The notes under the pieces were generated by a model that saw nothing but the letters and a program-made list of their open reading frames with translations, did not search any database and was not told the origin of the DNA. Positions 8,877 through 17,388 of a stretch of DNA of 64,000 nt are shown one piece after another. Source of the DNA: Spirochaetaceae bacterium (GTDB lineage: Bacteria; Spirochaetota; Spirochaetia; DSM-2461); assembly GCA_051531975.1 (NCBI GenBank), contig JAOPTT010000002.1, positions 537,968 to 601,967 on the forward strand. Direction: 5' to 3'. A program made the position numbers and the translations under genes. Positions within the stretch are counted from its first letter, which is position 1. Every line of letters starts with the position of its first letter.

Positions 8877-10884
8877 ATTAAAAGATAATAAACCACAGAT
8901 AGATATAGATGATAAATTCAAAACAGAATTAAAAGATAACTTAATTTCTAAAGCTAGTAAAATGCATAAAAAGAGAAAAGTGATTGCTTTCCATCCAATA
9001 CCAGCATATTTCTCTGTAGGAATTGCAGCAGCTCTTGTAATATTTTTAACCTTTCCAGGTATTGAAAAAGAAGAAACTTTATTAAAGTCAGATTCAGAAA
9101 TTATATATGAATTTATGGAAGAGGCTCCTGTAATTAAAGAGATTGAAGCAATACCAGAGACAGAAACCGTATACCAATCTAAAGATGAATCTCCTGTAGA
9201 CAAAGAGATTAAATTAGTACTAGAGAAAACAATCGAATACGATCTAATAGATGAAGAAGAAGCACCAAGTTATGAAGATGTTGAACTGTTAAGTAGTATG
9301 GATGCAGAAGTTTCAAAGCTATATCAACCGGTATCAAAAAAAGAGATGGCAGAATTTAATAAAAGTGGATCGATACAACCATCAATTATGGGTAGTGCTG
9401 AAACAAAGTGGGGTTTTAGTTTAGATAACGTGAATCAGGGTGATTTAAGCTTAGGATACGTTAATAATGTTGAATCTAATACTGAGGAGTATACTAAGAT
9501 CGTGGAGAATAGGTTTTTATCTGCTATAGAGACTCCTCTATCAACATTCTCTATAGACGTAGATACAGCGTCCTATGCAAATGTTAGAAGATATATTAAC
9601 TCTAATAGTTTGCCACCAAAGGACTCTGTACGAATAGAGGAGATGATAAACTATTTTAACTACGACTACCCTGTTCCAACAAATGAGAAACCATTCTCTA
9701 TATATACTGAAATAAGTTCAGCACCCTGGAACAGTGAGAACCACCTAGTTCATATTGGTATCCAGGGAAAAGATATTCCAAAGGAAAGTTTACCGCCATC
9801 AAATATTGTATTTCTTATAGATGTTTCTGGATCTATGGCCAATGATAACAAATTAGGACTTCTAGTTAAATCTGTGGATCTAATGTTAGAGAATTTCACA
9901 AACAAGGATAGAATTGCAGTTGTAGCCTACGCTGGTGCAGCAGGTGTTGTACTACCATCAACTAGCGGAGACAGGTCAGAAGTAATTTTAGAGTCATTTC
10001 AGAGGCTATCAGCTGGAGGTTCTACAGCAGGAGCACAGGGAATTGAATTAGCATATAACATAGCAATGGAAAACTTTATTCCAGATGGAAATAACAGAGT
10101 AATAATTGCAACAGACGGTGATTTTAATGTTGGTAGTTCATCAACTGGTGATCTAACTAGACTAATAGAAGAGAAAAGAGATTCAGGTGTTTTTCTTACA
10201 GTATTAGGTTTTGGAATGGGAAATTACAAGGATAGTAGAATGGAATCTTTAGCCGATAGTGGAAATGGTAATTATGCTTATATAGATTCACTGTTAGAGG
10301 CTCAAAAAGTACTTGTTCAGGATATAAAAAAGACACTTTTTGTAATAGCTAAAGATGTTAAAATCCAAGTTGAATTTAACCCAGCTATAGTTTCAGAATA
10401 CAGACTAATTGGTTATGAGACCAGACTGCTAGAGGACAGGGATTTTACAGATGATAAAGTTGATGCTGGAGATATTGGATCTGGGCATACAGTTACAGCG
10501 CTATACGAAGTAAGTTTAGTAAAGGGTGATGATAAAACAGAAGACAATCTTAGATACCAGGATACGACAATAAATAGTACTGGTAAAACTAGTGGAGAAA
10601 TATTAACACTATCTATTAGATATAAAGAACCTAAAGAAGATATCAGTAATTTAATTAGGGTTCAGGTAGAATCAAAGATCAAAACATTAGAGAATAGTTC
10701 TAATAACTTCAAACTAAGTGCTGCAGTAGCAGGTTATGGACAACTTCTTAGAGGATCAGAGTATATTAAAAATTATGGTTACGACGATGTAATATCAATG
10801 ACTAAAGATACATTAGAAGATGATGAATTTGGATATAGATCAGAATTTTATACCTTACTAAGAAAAGTTAAGTTATTAAAATAA
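8866..10884 (+). CDS. Anti-sigma-like N-terminus + TM + YfbK-type vWA protein (vWF_A / vWA / DUF3520)
   Basis: DDKFKTELKDNL cytoplasmic segment and single TM; PLSTFSIDVDTASY, VRIEEMINYF, DVSGSM, ATDGDFNVG, AKDVKIQVEFNP, DAGDIGSGHTVTALYE. Confidence 0.88.
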   Translation: MINKLKDNKPQIDIDDKFKTELKDNLISKASKMHKKRKVIAFHPIPAYFSVGIAAALVIFLTFPGIEKEETLLKSDSEIIYEFMEEAPVIKEIEAIPETETVYQSKDESPVDKEIKLVLEKTIEYDLIDEEEAPSYEDVELLSSMDAEVSKLYQPVSKKEMAEFNKSGSIQPSIMGSAETKWGFSLDNVNQGDLSLGYVNNVESNTEEYTKIVENRFLSAIETPLSTFSIDVDTASYANVRRYINSNSLPPKDSVRIEEMINYFNYDYPVPTNEKPFSIYTEISSAPWNSENHLVHIGIQGKDIPKESLPPSNIVFLIDVSGSMANDNKLGLLVKSVDLMLENFTNKDRIAVVAYAGAAGVVLPSTSGDRSEVILESFQRLSAGGSTAGAQGIELAYNIAMENFIPDGNNRVIIATDGDFNVGSSSTGDLTRLIEEKRDSGVFLTVLGFGMGNYKDSRMESLADSGNGNYAYIDSLLEAQKVLVQDIKKTLFVIAKDVKIQVEFNPAIVSEYRLIGYETRLLEDRDFTDDKVDAGDIGSGHTVTALYEVSLVKGDDKTEDNLRYQDTTINSTGKTSGEILTLSIRYKEPKEDISNLIRVQVESKIKTLENSSNNFKLSAAVAGYGQLLRGSEYIKNYGYDDVISMTKDTLEDDEFGYRSEFYTLLRKVKLLK

Positions 10885-10898
10885 ACCGGATTGAAATA

Positions 10899-10930
10899 GA
10901 TAGATGAGTCCCAACCGGGGCTCATTTATC
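10899..10930 (+). terminator. Intrinsic terminator hairpin
   Basis: GATAGATGAGTCCC-AACC-GGGGCTCATTTATC after the vWA gene. Confidence 0.7.
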
Positions 10931-10989
10931 TTAGTTAGTAAATTATTAAATCTAGAGAAAGTATATTAATTCCGATACTATTAAAGTAT

Positions 10990-11889
10990 ATGAAACTTTA
11001 TTTTTTAATGTTTTTACTTATATTAAACTTCTTATCTATAAAACTTAATGCAATACAGCCAACTAATTTTATAAATTCCATACCAAAAATTATGAATTTT
11101 AATAACATATTAGAAAATCCCATTAAAAACTGGGATAATCCATCTTTTGAAATATACAGATATAAGTTAGTACCAGAAATTATAATTATCGATACCATAG
11201 ACTACTCCATGCAATCTGATTTGTTTAAACGGTTAGCTTTTTTTGTTGAGAAAAAGGGGTATGTTGGTAAGATTTATTCAATGGATGAACTAGGTAATAA
11301 ACGTGGTTGGAATGCCCATGACTATAATGCAAAGAATCTTTCCCAGTTTTTTAACAGAGCTAATTCAGATAACATACCTCTAACAGATGGGGAGCAGATC
11401 TTAAAAACCATATTATTAAATACAAAAGTAATAAATATAACAGAAGATGAATTTACTCCAGGAGTTGGAGCTATTATATCAATATCAAGAAGCTCAACAG
11501 CAAATTTTAGGTCTCTAATTTTAAGACACGAGATCATCCACGGGTTATATTTTACTTCTGGGGATCTAAGAAACTATGTTGATACTACCTGGGATGATCT
11601 AGAGAAAAACTCAAAAAAAATAATAACTATGTTCCTAGACTCCTTAACCTACGATGTTACAAATAAGGATCTTCTTAAAAATGAATTTCTAGCATATCTT
11701 TTACAAAGAGATGAAAATGAGACTTATAAATACTTTAATTCAACAGTATATAACAGGCTCATTTTACATTATCCTAAAGAACAACCTATGATAGATGAAT
11801 ATTTTAAAAGAAATAAAACTCCCTTTAGTTATCCCCTAAAAAAGTTAAATAACTATATTAAAAAGAATACTTCAGGGAGCATATTTTAA
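10990..11889 (+). CDS. Exported hypothetical protein with gluzincin-like zinc metallopeptidase motif
   Basis: Signal peptide; HEIIH followed ~40 aa later by NEFLAY. Confidence 0.6.
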   Translation: MKLYFLMFLLILNFLSIKLNAIQPTNFINSIPKIMNFNNILENPIKNWDNPSFEIYRYKLVPEIIIIDTIDYSMQSDLFKRLAFFVEKKGYVGKIYSMDELGNKRGWNAHDYNAKNLSQFFNRANSDNIPLTDGEQILKTILLNTKVINITEDEFTPGVGAIISISRSSTANFRSLILRHEIIHGLYFTSGDLRNYVDTTWDDLEKNSKKIITMFLDSLTYDVTNKDLLKNEFLAYLLQRDENETYKYFNSTVYNRLILHYPKEQPMIDEYFKRNKTPFSYPLKKLNNYIKKNTSGSIF

Positions 11890-12197
11890 TTGAGGGTAGA
11901 GTATATTGTAATACCGATACGATCTATATGGTCGATAAGTTCTCTATTTTTAAAGTCAGAGTAGTTTTGAACATCAATTAAGTAGACAATTTCCGACTCT
12001 TCTAATTCAGATATTAAACTCGAGAGTATAAACCTGTTTAGATTCTCTCCATATATGACAAGGTTAATATCACTTCTTTGTGTAAATGTACCTTTAGCTC
12101 TAGATCCGTAGAGTTTAACTCTCTTTATATCATTAAATTCAGTGAAGATTTTTGTTAAAGTAGTAATAATCGTTCTATCTAGACCAGTATTAATCAT
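11886..12197 (-). CDS. Minimal nucleotidyltransferase (MNT), DxD motif altered to DIN
   Basis: LYGSRAKG...RSDINL; C-terminal LIDHIDRIG. Confidence 0.85.
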   Translation of the reverse strand: MINTGLDRTIITTLTKIFTEFNDIKRVKLYGSRAKGTFTQRSDINLVIYGENLNRFILSSLISELEESEIVYLIDVQNYSDFKNRELIDHIDRIGITIYSTLN

Positions 12198-12612
12198 TCA
12201 TTATCTCTTCCAATAGCTGGGAGTACAAATTCTCAAGAACAACAAGGTAATCGTTTTGAATACTAATAAGTATGACTTCGAACTTTGAAAAGTCATATGT
12301 GTGGCTCATTAGATTTCTATCACCTATCATTTTAAACCACATATCAACATCGTTAATATATTTAGTTTCATAAGCCTTTCTAGCAACAGATTTAGGGGAA
12401 ATTCTATCTAAAATAATACCATCGAATTCTAACCGATCCTTTAGTACCTTCCAAGCTAATTCGAATGTATATTCAAATCTCTGAATTACACCCTCTTTTT
12501 CAAGCTGACTTAAACTATCTAAATCATTATCCATAGCTTCTCTTAATAGTAAGAAAGCACGTTTGAAATTAGAAAATCTCTGTTTCCATCTGATATCTGT
12601 ATTGTCACTCAT
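12190..12612 (-). CDS. HEPN protein, HI0074-family nucleotidyltransferase substrate-binding subunit
   Basis: DIRWKQRFSNF, EGVIQRFEYTFELAWK, DRNLMSHTYD. Confidence 0.9.
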   Translation of the reverse strand: MSDNTDIRWKQRFSNFKRAFLLLREAMDNDLDSLSQLEKEGVIQRFEYTFELAWKVLKDRLEFDGIILDRISPKSVARKAYETKYINDVDMWFKMIGDRNLMSHTYDFSKFEVILISIQNDYLVVLENLYSQLLEEIMND

Positions 12613-12719
12613 ATTCTCATTTTAACCTAAAGGGTAAAAATATAAAATAAGAATATAATTATGCATCGGATATAGTCTCTACATTGTATATTTACCCACA
12701 CGTGGCATCGTTTTAGTTT

Positions 12720-14393
12720 CTATTTATTATATACTTCGGTACAGTTTCGTCCTCTGCCTTTTGCCCTATATAGAGCCTCATCAGCTTTTTTTACTAAATC
12801 CTCTACACATGTAATATCTTCAGTCATTGTTGCTACTCCCAAACTAATGGACATAGTAATTACCTGATTGTTATATTCATGATTACTATTATTAACAGCA
12901 GACCGATACCTTTCTGCTGCAATAAGACCTAGTTCTCCATCGGTCTCAGGAAGGAGAACCGCAAACTCCTCCCCTCCAATTCTAAAAAGAAGATCGTGAC
13001 TACGAAAATATCGTCGTGCTAAATCTGCGAGATAACAGAGAACAGAATCACCTGCTGGATGACCGTATTCATCATTTGTTTTTTTAAAAAAATCCACATC
13101 AAAAGTTATTAATGTCAGGGCATGATTATTTCTTCTCGATCGACTAAATTCTTTCTCAATAAAGTCCTCAAAGTATCTTCTATTATAAAATCCTGTCATA
13201 GAATCTGTTACTGATTGTGCGTAAAGTTTCTCTTCTACTTTTTTTCTTGTGGTAATATCTACAATCGATACAAGATATCCATTCAAAGTTGCAGTAAAAG
13301 TCAATTCTGTAATATGTTTTGATCTATTCCGACCTATTAGTTCAACCTCTACTGGACCGAAGCTACCTGGTTCTTCTGGAGGTGGGAGTAATTCCTCAAG
13401 TTTATCTTTAAGGATAAAAATCCCAGAGTTTTCAATTTTTTTTCTTAAAGAATGTAAATTATCATTTTCTATTAATTCTTCCAGCTTATATCCAAAAGTC
13501 TCCTCTGCTATTCTATTTATATAAGTGATACGCAACTGTTTATCTATTAAAACAATACTGATCGGAGAATATTTTAAAATCCTAGAAAATCGTTCCTCAC
13601 CTCTGCGTATTTTTTCAGTTCGTAATTTTAATTCGACTTCTAGTTCTTCTTGATGCTCTATAAGTTTAGTCATATATAAATTACGCTCGGTCGTAGTTTT
13701 ATCAAGTTGGGTTTTAATTAGTGTTAGTGCATCAAAAATAGGAAGAAGTGGATGATCATCATTAATATTATATCCACTTGATTTAGGTTTTCCTGAGGTC
13801 CAATCAATACTATTAAGGTATTCCAGCAGATCCCGAATCGGTTTATTATAAGACTCCCTATTTCTGTACCTGAATCGATTTATCAGACCTGAAAATAGTG
13901 AAACTCTTACTTTAGGTATTTTCCCTAGTTGTTCAAACCGTAACCCAATCATAGCTGCTTCATTATATGTTTTACAAATTCTAATCTCTTTATTTAGAAT
14001 ACCTAATTTCTGACCAAGTAATACACTTATTTCCTGGCTTGGAGTTCCATTACAGAAAATAATTCCATTTAAAGCAGAATCAGTAACGATTGATTGTATA
14101 AAAGCATTTCGAGCCTTACCAGAAGAGTTTTTATATTCCCCCCAATCTTGTATCATAAGATACTCTGAACCCATATATGTTTTGACTATCTCATCTCCAA
14201 ATGCAATTGCCAAAGTTTCAGCTTCTAAGTCGGCATAACCTCTACCCTTAATGACTATAGTTTTATCTCCAAGAATTTTATATTCACAACTAAAAGATTG
14301 GCTAAAAATAACATTTGACCATTCTTCATGTTGTCTTATTAAGAGCCCAGTTATTAAACATTTTTTTTGGGGTAATCGGGGGTTTTTAATCAT
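12720..14393 (-). CDS. Diguanylate cyclase (unknown N-terminal domain, PAS, GGDEF)
   Basis: TDSMTGFYNRR, DVDFFK..ND.YGH..GD, RIGGEEF, ADEALYRAK; PAS ending DITTRK. Confidence 0.9.
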   Translation of the reverse strand: MIKNPRLPQKKCLITGLLIRQHEEWSNVIFSQSFSCEYKILGDKTIVIKGRGYADLEAETLAIAFGDEIVKTYMGSEYLMIQDWGEYKNSSGKARNAFIQSIVTDSALNGIIFCNGTPSQEISVLLGQKLGILNKEIRICKTYNEAAMIGLRFEQLGKIPKVRVSLFSGLINRFRYRNRESYNKPIRDLLEYLNSIDWTSGKPKSSGYNINDDHPLLPIFDALTLIKTQLDKTTTERNLYMTKLIEHQEELEVELKLRTEKIRRGEERFSRILKYSPISIVLIDKQLRITYINRIAEETFGYKLEELIENDNLHSLRKKIENSGIFILKDKLEELLPPPEEPGSFGPVEVELIGRNRSKHITELTFTATLNGYLVSIVDITTRKKVEEKLYAQSVTDSMTGFYNRRYFEDFIEKEFSRSRRNNHALTLITFDVDFFKKTNDEYGHPAGDSVLCYLADLARRYFRSHDLLFRIGGEEFAVLLPETDGELGLIAAERYRSAVNNSNHEYNNQVITMSISLGVATMTEDITCVEDLVKKADEALYRAKGRGRNCTEVYNK

Positions 14394-14530
14394 GTAATAA
14401 TCATTATCTTATAGCCTAAAGTTGTCAATATAGATTTATTAACATACACATAAGTTTACTCTAAATTTTATCTGTTTAAACTACTGTTTTCTGCTTTTAA
14501 TAAACTCTGTATTACACTAAAATTACTTAT

Positions 14531-15301
14531 ATGATCAAAATATATAATACAGAAAACCTAACTGGAATAACTATAAAGGGTGACTATAACGATTTTAAGC
14601 AGTTAGTAGATGCTTTCTACGAAATAACTATCGATGAAGATGATAAGAGCCATAAACCTTACTACGATATGTCCACTAGGGTTTTATCACTTTGTTACGA
14701 TATAAGACATGCTCTACAGGGTGATAGAGAACTTCACTTAGAAAATAATGGTGTTACAAAAGAAACAATGAATATTCACTCTATTATGGCACCTAAATAC
14801 AATGCTTATTTTTCATGTAATTATCTATATCCAGAAATGTTATTTGTGACTTTAGCTTTAAATAATCTAATAGAAATAAGAATGAAATTTATTCAGAAAC
14901 CTAAAAGTAGCCATGCTGATGCTCTAAATAAAATGGTTATATGGGATACAACAATTAATACTCTTAGGAACTTACAATCTGCTTTCTGCAAGTGTATAGA
15001 ACAGACTTTAACTCCAGCTTCATTTAGTAGATGGATAGGGATAATGAATAAAGATTATGCTGATATTGTTAATATAAACAGGTACTTTATAGATTTACAA
15101 AATCTTGAATATTTAGATATGACTAAAGAGATCAGATTAAAAAAAATTACTTCCATATCTAAAAAGCTTGTAGAATATAGGTTTAATGAAGATCATGAAA
15201 ATATTGTTGAATCAGTTAAAATGGGAGCTCAGAAACTAGGCTGCCCCCGAGAATCAGTTGCTTTAAAAGGCTTTGAATACCCACAAAACATTAAGTGGTA
15301 A
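14531..15301 (+). CDS. Conserved hypothetical protein (possibly DUF6904-like)
   Basis: 256-aa ORF; motifs GITIKGDYNDF and LCYDIRHA.QGDRE recalled from that family, not verified. Confidence 0.55.
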   Translation: MIKIYNTENLTGITIKGDYNDFKQLVDAFYEITIDEDDKSHKPYYDMSTRVLSLCYDIRHALQGDRELHLENNGVTKETMNIHSIMAPKYNAYFSCNYLYPEMLFVTLALNNLIEIRMKFIQKPKSSHADALNKMVIWDTTINTLRNLQSAFCKCIEQTLTPASFSRWIGIMNKDYADIVNINRYFIDLQNLEYLDMTKEIRLKKITSISKKLVEYRFNEDHENIVESVKMGAQKLGCPRESVALKGFEYPQNIKW

Positions 15302-15328
15302 AACTTCAACCTCTGTATATTTTAGACA

Positions 15329-15357
15329 TTGACATTAAATAACACCTGTTATATAAA
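15329..15357 (+). promoter_or_regulatory. Promoter with embedded TetR operator
   Basis: TTGACA-17 nt-TATAAA; palindrome TAACA-CC-TGTTA (15340-15351) in the spacer. Confidence 0.65.
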
Positions 15358-15362
15358 TAAGT

Positions 15363-15962
15363 ATGCCACCAAAAGTTCAGTTTACAAAAGAACAAATTCT
15401 CGATGCTGCGTTAGAACTTGTAATTAGCGATGGAGTTGATTCTCTATCAGCAAGAAACCTTGCTAAAAAGTTAAACTCATCTGTTGCTCCAATATATGCT
15501 AATTATAAAAATACAAAAGAACTATTTGATGATGTATTAGAAAAAATAAAAATAATGACATGGGAATACTCTACTAAACCATATACACCCCACGGATTTT
15601 TTAATATTGGTATTGGTCAGCTTCTTATTGCAAATGATTTTCCAAATCTATTTATGGATCTTTTATATAAAAGTTCTATAGCTACTGAGATGGACTGCGA
15701 CACTGAAAATATGATGATAGATATTATGGTAAAGGATGAGAAACTTAAAGGTTTAAGTAGAAGTCAATGTGGAAGAGTATTAGAAAAAATGGCTATTTTT
15801 ACATCAGGTTTAGCAATAGCTGTTGCAAATGAGAGTCAGAAGTTACCTATAAACAGAGCTTTAGAGATTATGGAAGAGAGCGCAAACCAGATAATTTATG
15901 CAGAGAGGGATGGTAATTATGATCGTAACTTAGAGAAAATTGACTTTGATAATATAATTTAA
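15363..15962 (+). CDS. TetR/AcrR family transcriptional regulator
   Basis: MPPKVQFTKEQILDAA...LSARNLAKKLNSSVAPIY HTH. Confidence 0.9.
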   Translation: MPPKVQFTKEQILDAALELVISDGVDSLSARNLAKKLNSSVAPIYANYKNTKELFDDVLEKIKIMTWEYSTKPYTPHGFFNIGIGQLLIANDFPNLFMDLLYKSSIATEMDCDTENMMIDIMVKDEKLKGLSRSQCGRVLEKMAIFTSGLAIAVANESQKLPINRALEIMEESANQIIYAERDGNYDRNLEKIDFDNII

Positions 15963-15981
15963 TTTTTTTTACACTGATAAG

Positions 15982-16007
15982 TAACACGCGTTACATAATA
16001 GGTGTTA
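15982..16007. promoter_or_regulatory. Two further copies of the TetR operator
   Basis: TAACACGCGTTA and TAATAGGTGTTA (reverse complement TAACACCTATTA) in tandem upstream of the flavodoxin gene. Confidence 0.65.
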
Positions 16008-16046
16008 TATAAATATAGCTACTAGACTAGCTTAAAAGGAGAAAAA

Positions 16047-16607
16047 ATGAATATAACAATGGTAAATGGAAATAACTATGACCCTAAGTGGGATTTACAT
16101 GAAGAGGAAATTATTCAAATAAAAGGTGAGTTACAAAAAAAAGGTCATACCGTAGAATACTTTCCAGTTCAGAAAATGAATTTAGCCTACTGTCAGGGAT
16201 GCTGGGATTGTTGGACAAAAACTCCTGGGGTGTGTAGGTTAAAAGATGATGGAGAGCAGTACACTAAAGCATTAAGTAATTCAGATGTAGTACTCTATAT
16301 TTCTCCAGTTTCAGCTGGTTTTATTACAACAGAGACTAAAAAAGCTTTAGATAGATTCATACCAAATGCCCTACCCTATATAACTATCTACGAGGAGGAG
16401 TGTCATCACCTACAAAGATATCCAGATAACAGGGCTGATATAGGAATTATTCTTTTTGATGATGAAAATTTATCATCAAAAAGTTGCAATATTATATATA
16501 AAAACTTTGACCGGATACAAAAGAACATGAGAAGTAAAAGAGTAATAAAGTATAGATTAACCACAACAAACAGTAAGGAGCTAGTAAATGAAATTATCGG
16601 TAATTAA
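16047..16607 (+). CDS. Flavodoxin family / iron-sulfur flavoprotein-like protein
   Basis: CQGCWDCW.KTPGVC..KDD motif; SPV; KKALDR. Confidence 0.8.
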   Translation: MNITMVNGNNYDPKWDLHEEEIIQIKGELQKKGHTVEYFPVQKMNLAYCQGCWDCWTKTPGVCRLKDDGEQYTKALSNSDVVLYISPVSAGFITTETKKALDRFIPNALPYITIYEEECHHLQRYPDNRADIGIILFDDENLSSKSCNIIYKNFDRIQKNMRSKRVIKYRLTTTNSKELVNEIIGN

Positions 16608-17226
16608 TGGATCCCCTAGAGGAGAAAGTTCAAACTCAACTAAGATATTAAAATGGATTAGTAAAGAAGATGTTCACTATATAAAGCAAATAAGCAGACA
16701 GAATGAGGTTATAGAAACCTGCGCCGATAGCGATGCTTATCTCATTTGTTTTCCCTTATACGTAGATAGTATGCCAGCCCAGCAGAAGAAGTTCTTTGAA
16801 CTAATGGAAGAGAATAGAGACCTATTTACTGGTAAAAGTATTACATTTATAATTCATAGTGGTTTTCCTGAAATGGTACAAAGCATGGTATTAAAAGAAT
16901 ATTTAGAACTATTCTGTGCAGAAATAATGGGAATGAATCTTTTAGGAGTTATTATTATTGGTGGATCAGAAGCATTGCAAATGGCACCGGATAATATGTT
17001 CAGTCGTCAAATTAAAGTAATTGAAGGCTTAGCTAAAAATATTGAAAACCAAGAGAAGTTTCCAGAAGACATTAATATTAAGATTAATAGAAAACTTCGT
17101 TTAACACGCTTAGAGAGGTTTATATTCAGTATGAACCCATTAAAGAATTTCTACTGGAATTATAGAGCTTCAAGACATACTCATAAAGTTAATTTAAAGG
17201 CTAAGCCCCATAGAGTTACGACTTAA
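16588..17226 (+). CDS. NAD(P)H-dependent FMN-binding oxidoreductase (flavodoxin-like fold)
   Basis: INGSPRG..SNS, FPLYVDSMP, HSGFPE. Confidence 0.8.
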   Translation: MKLSVINGSPRGESSNSTKILKWISKEDVHYIKQISRQNEVIETCADSDAYLICFPLYVDSMPAQQKKFFELMEENRDLFTGKSITFIIHSGFPEMVQSMVLKEYLELFCAEIMGMNLLGVIIIGGSEALQMAPDNMFSRQIKVIEGLAKNIENQEKFPEDINIKINRKLRLTRLERFIFSMNPLKNFYWNYRASRHTHKVNLKAKPHRVTT

Positions 17227-17388
17227 ATTAACAAAACTGATGTTCTTGGTGCCATACACCGCTAATTATATGGGATCTACTTAAAGTGAGAATAGAAATC
17301 AGATATACCTTGGATCATATCTGTGGTATATTTTAACTGATTCTTATCTATATTCCTTTGTTGGATATATATTTTTCAAGGGAGTTAT

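Noticed and set aside
17288..17355. Imperfect long hairpin (AATCAG-ATATACC...GGTATAT-CTGATT) upstream of the 7TM-PP2C gene as a riboswitch or ncRNA
   Set aside because: AT-rich, bulged pairing with no recognisable riboswitch consensus; could be chance.
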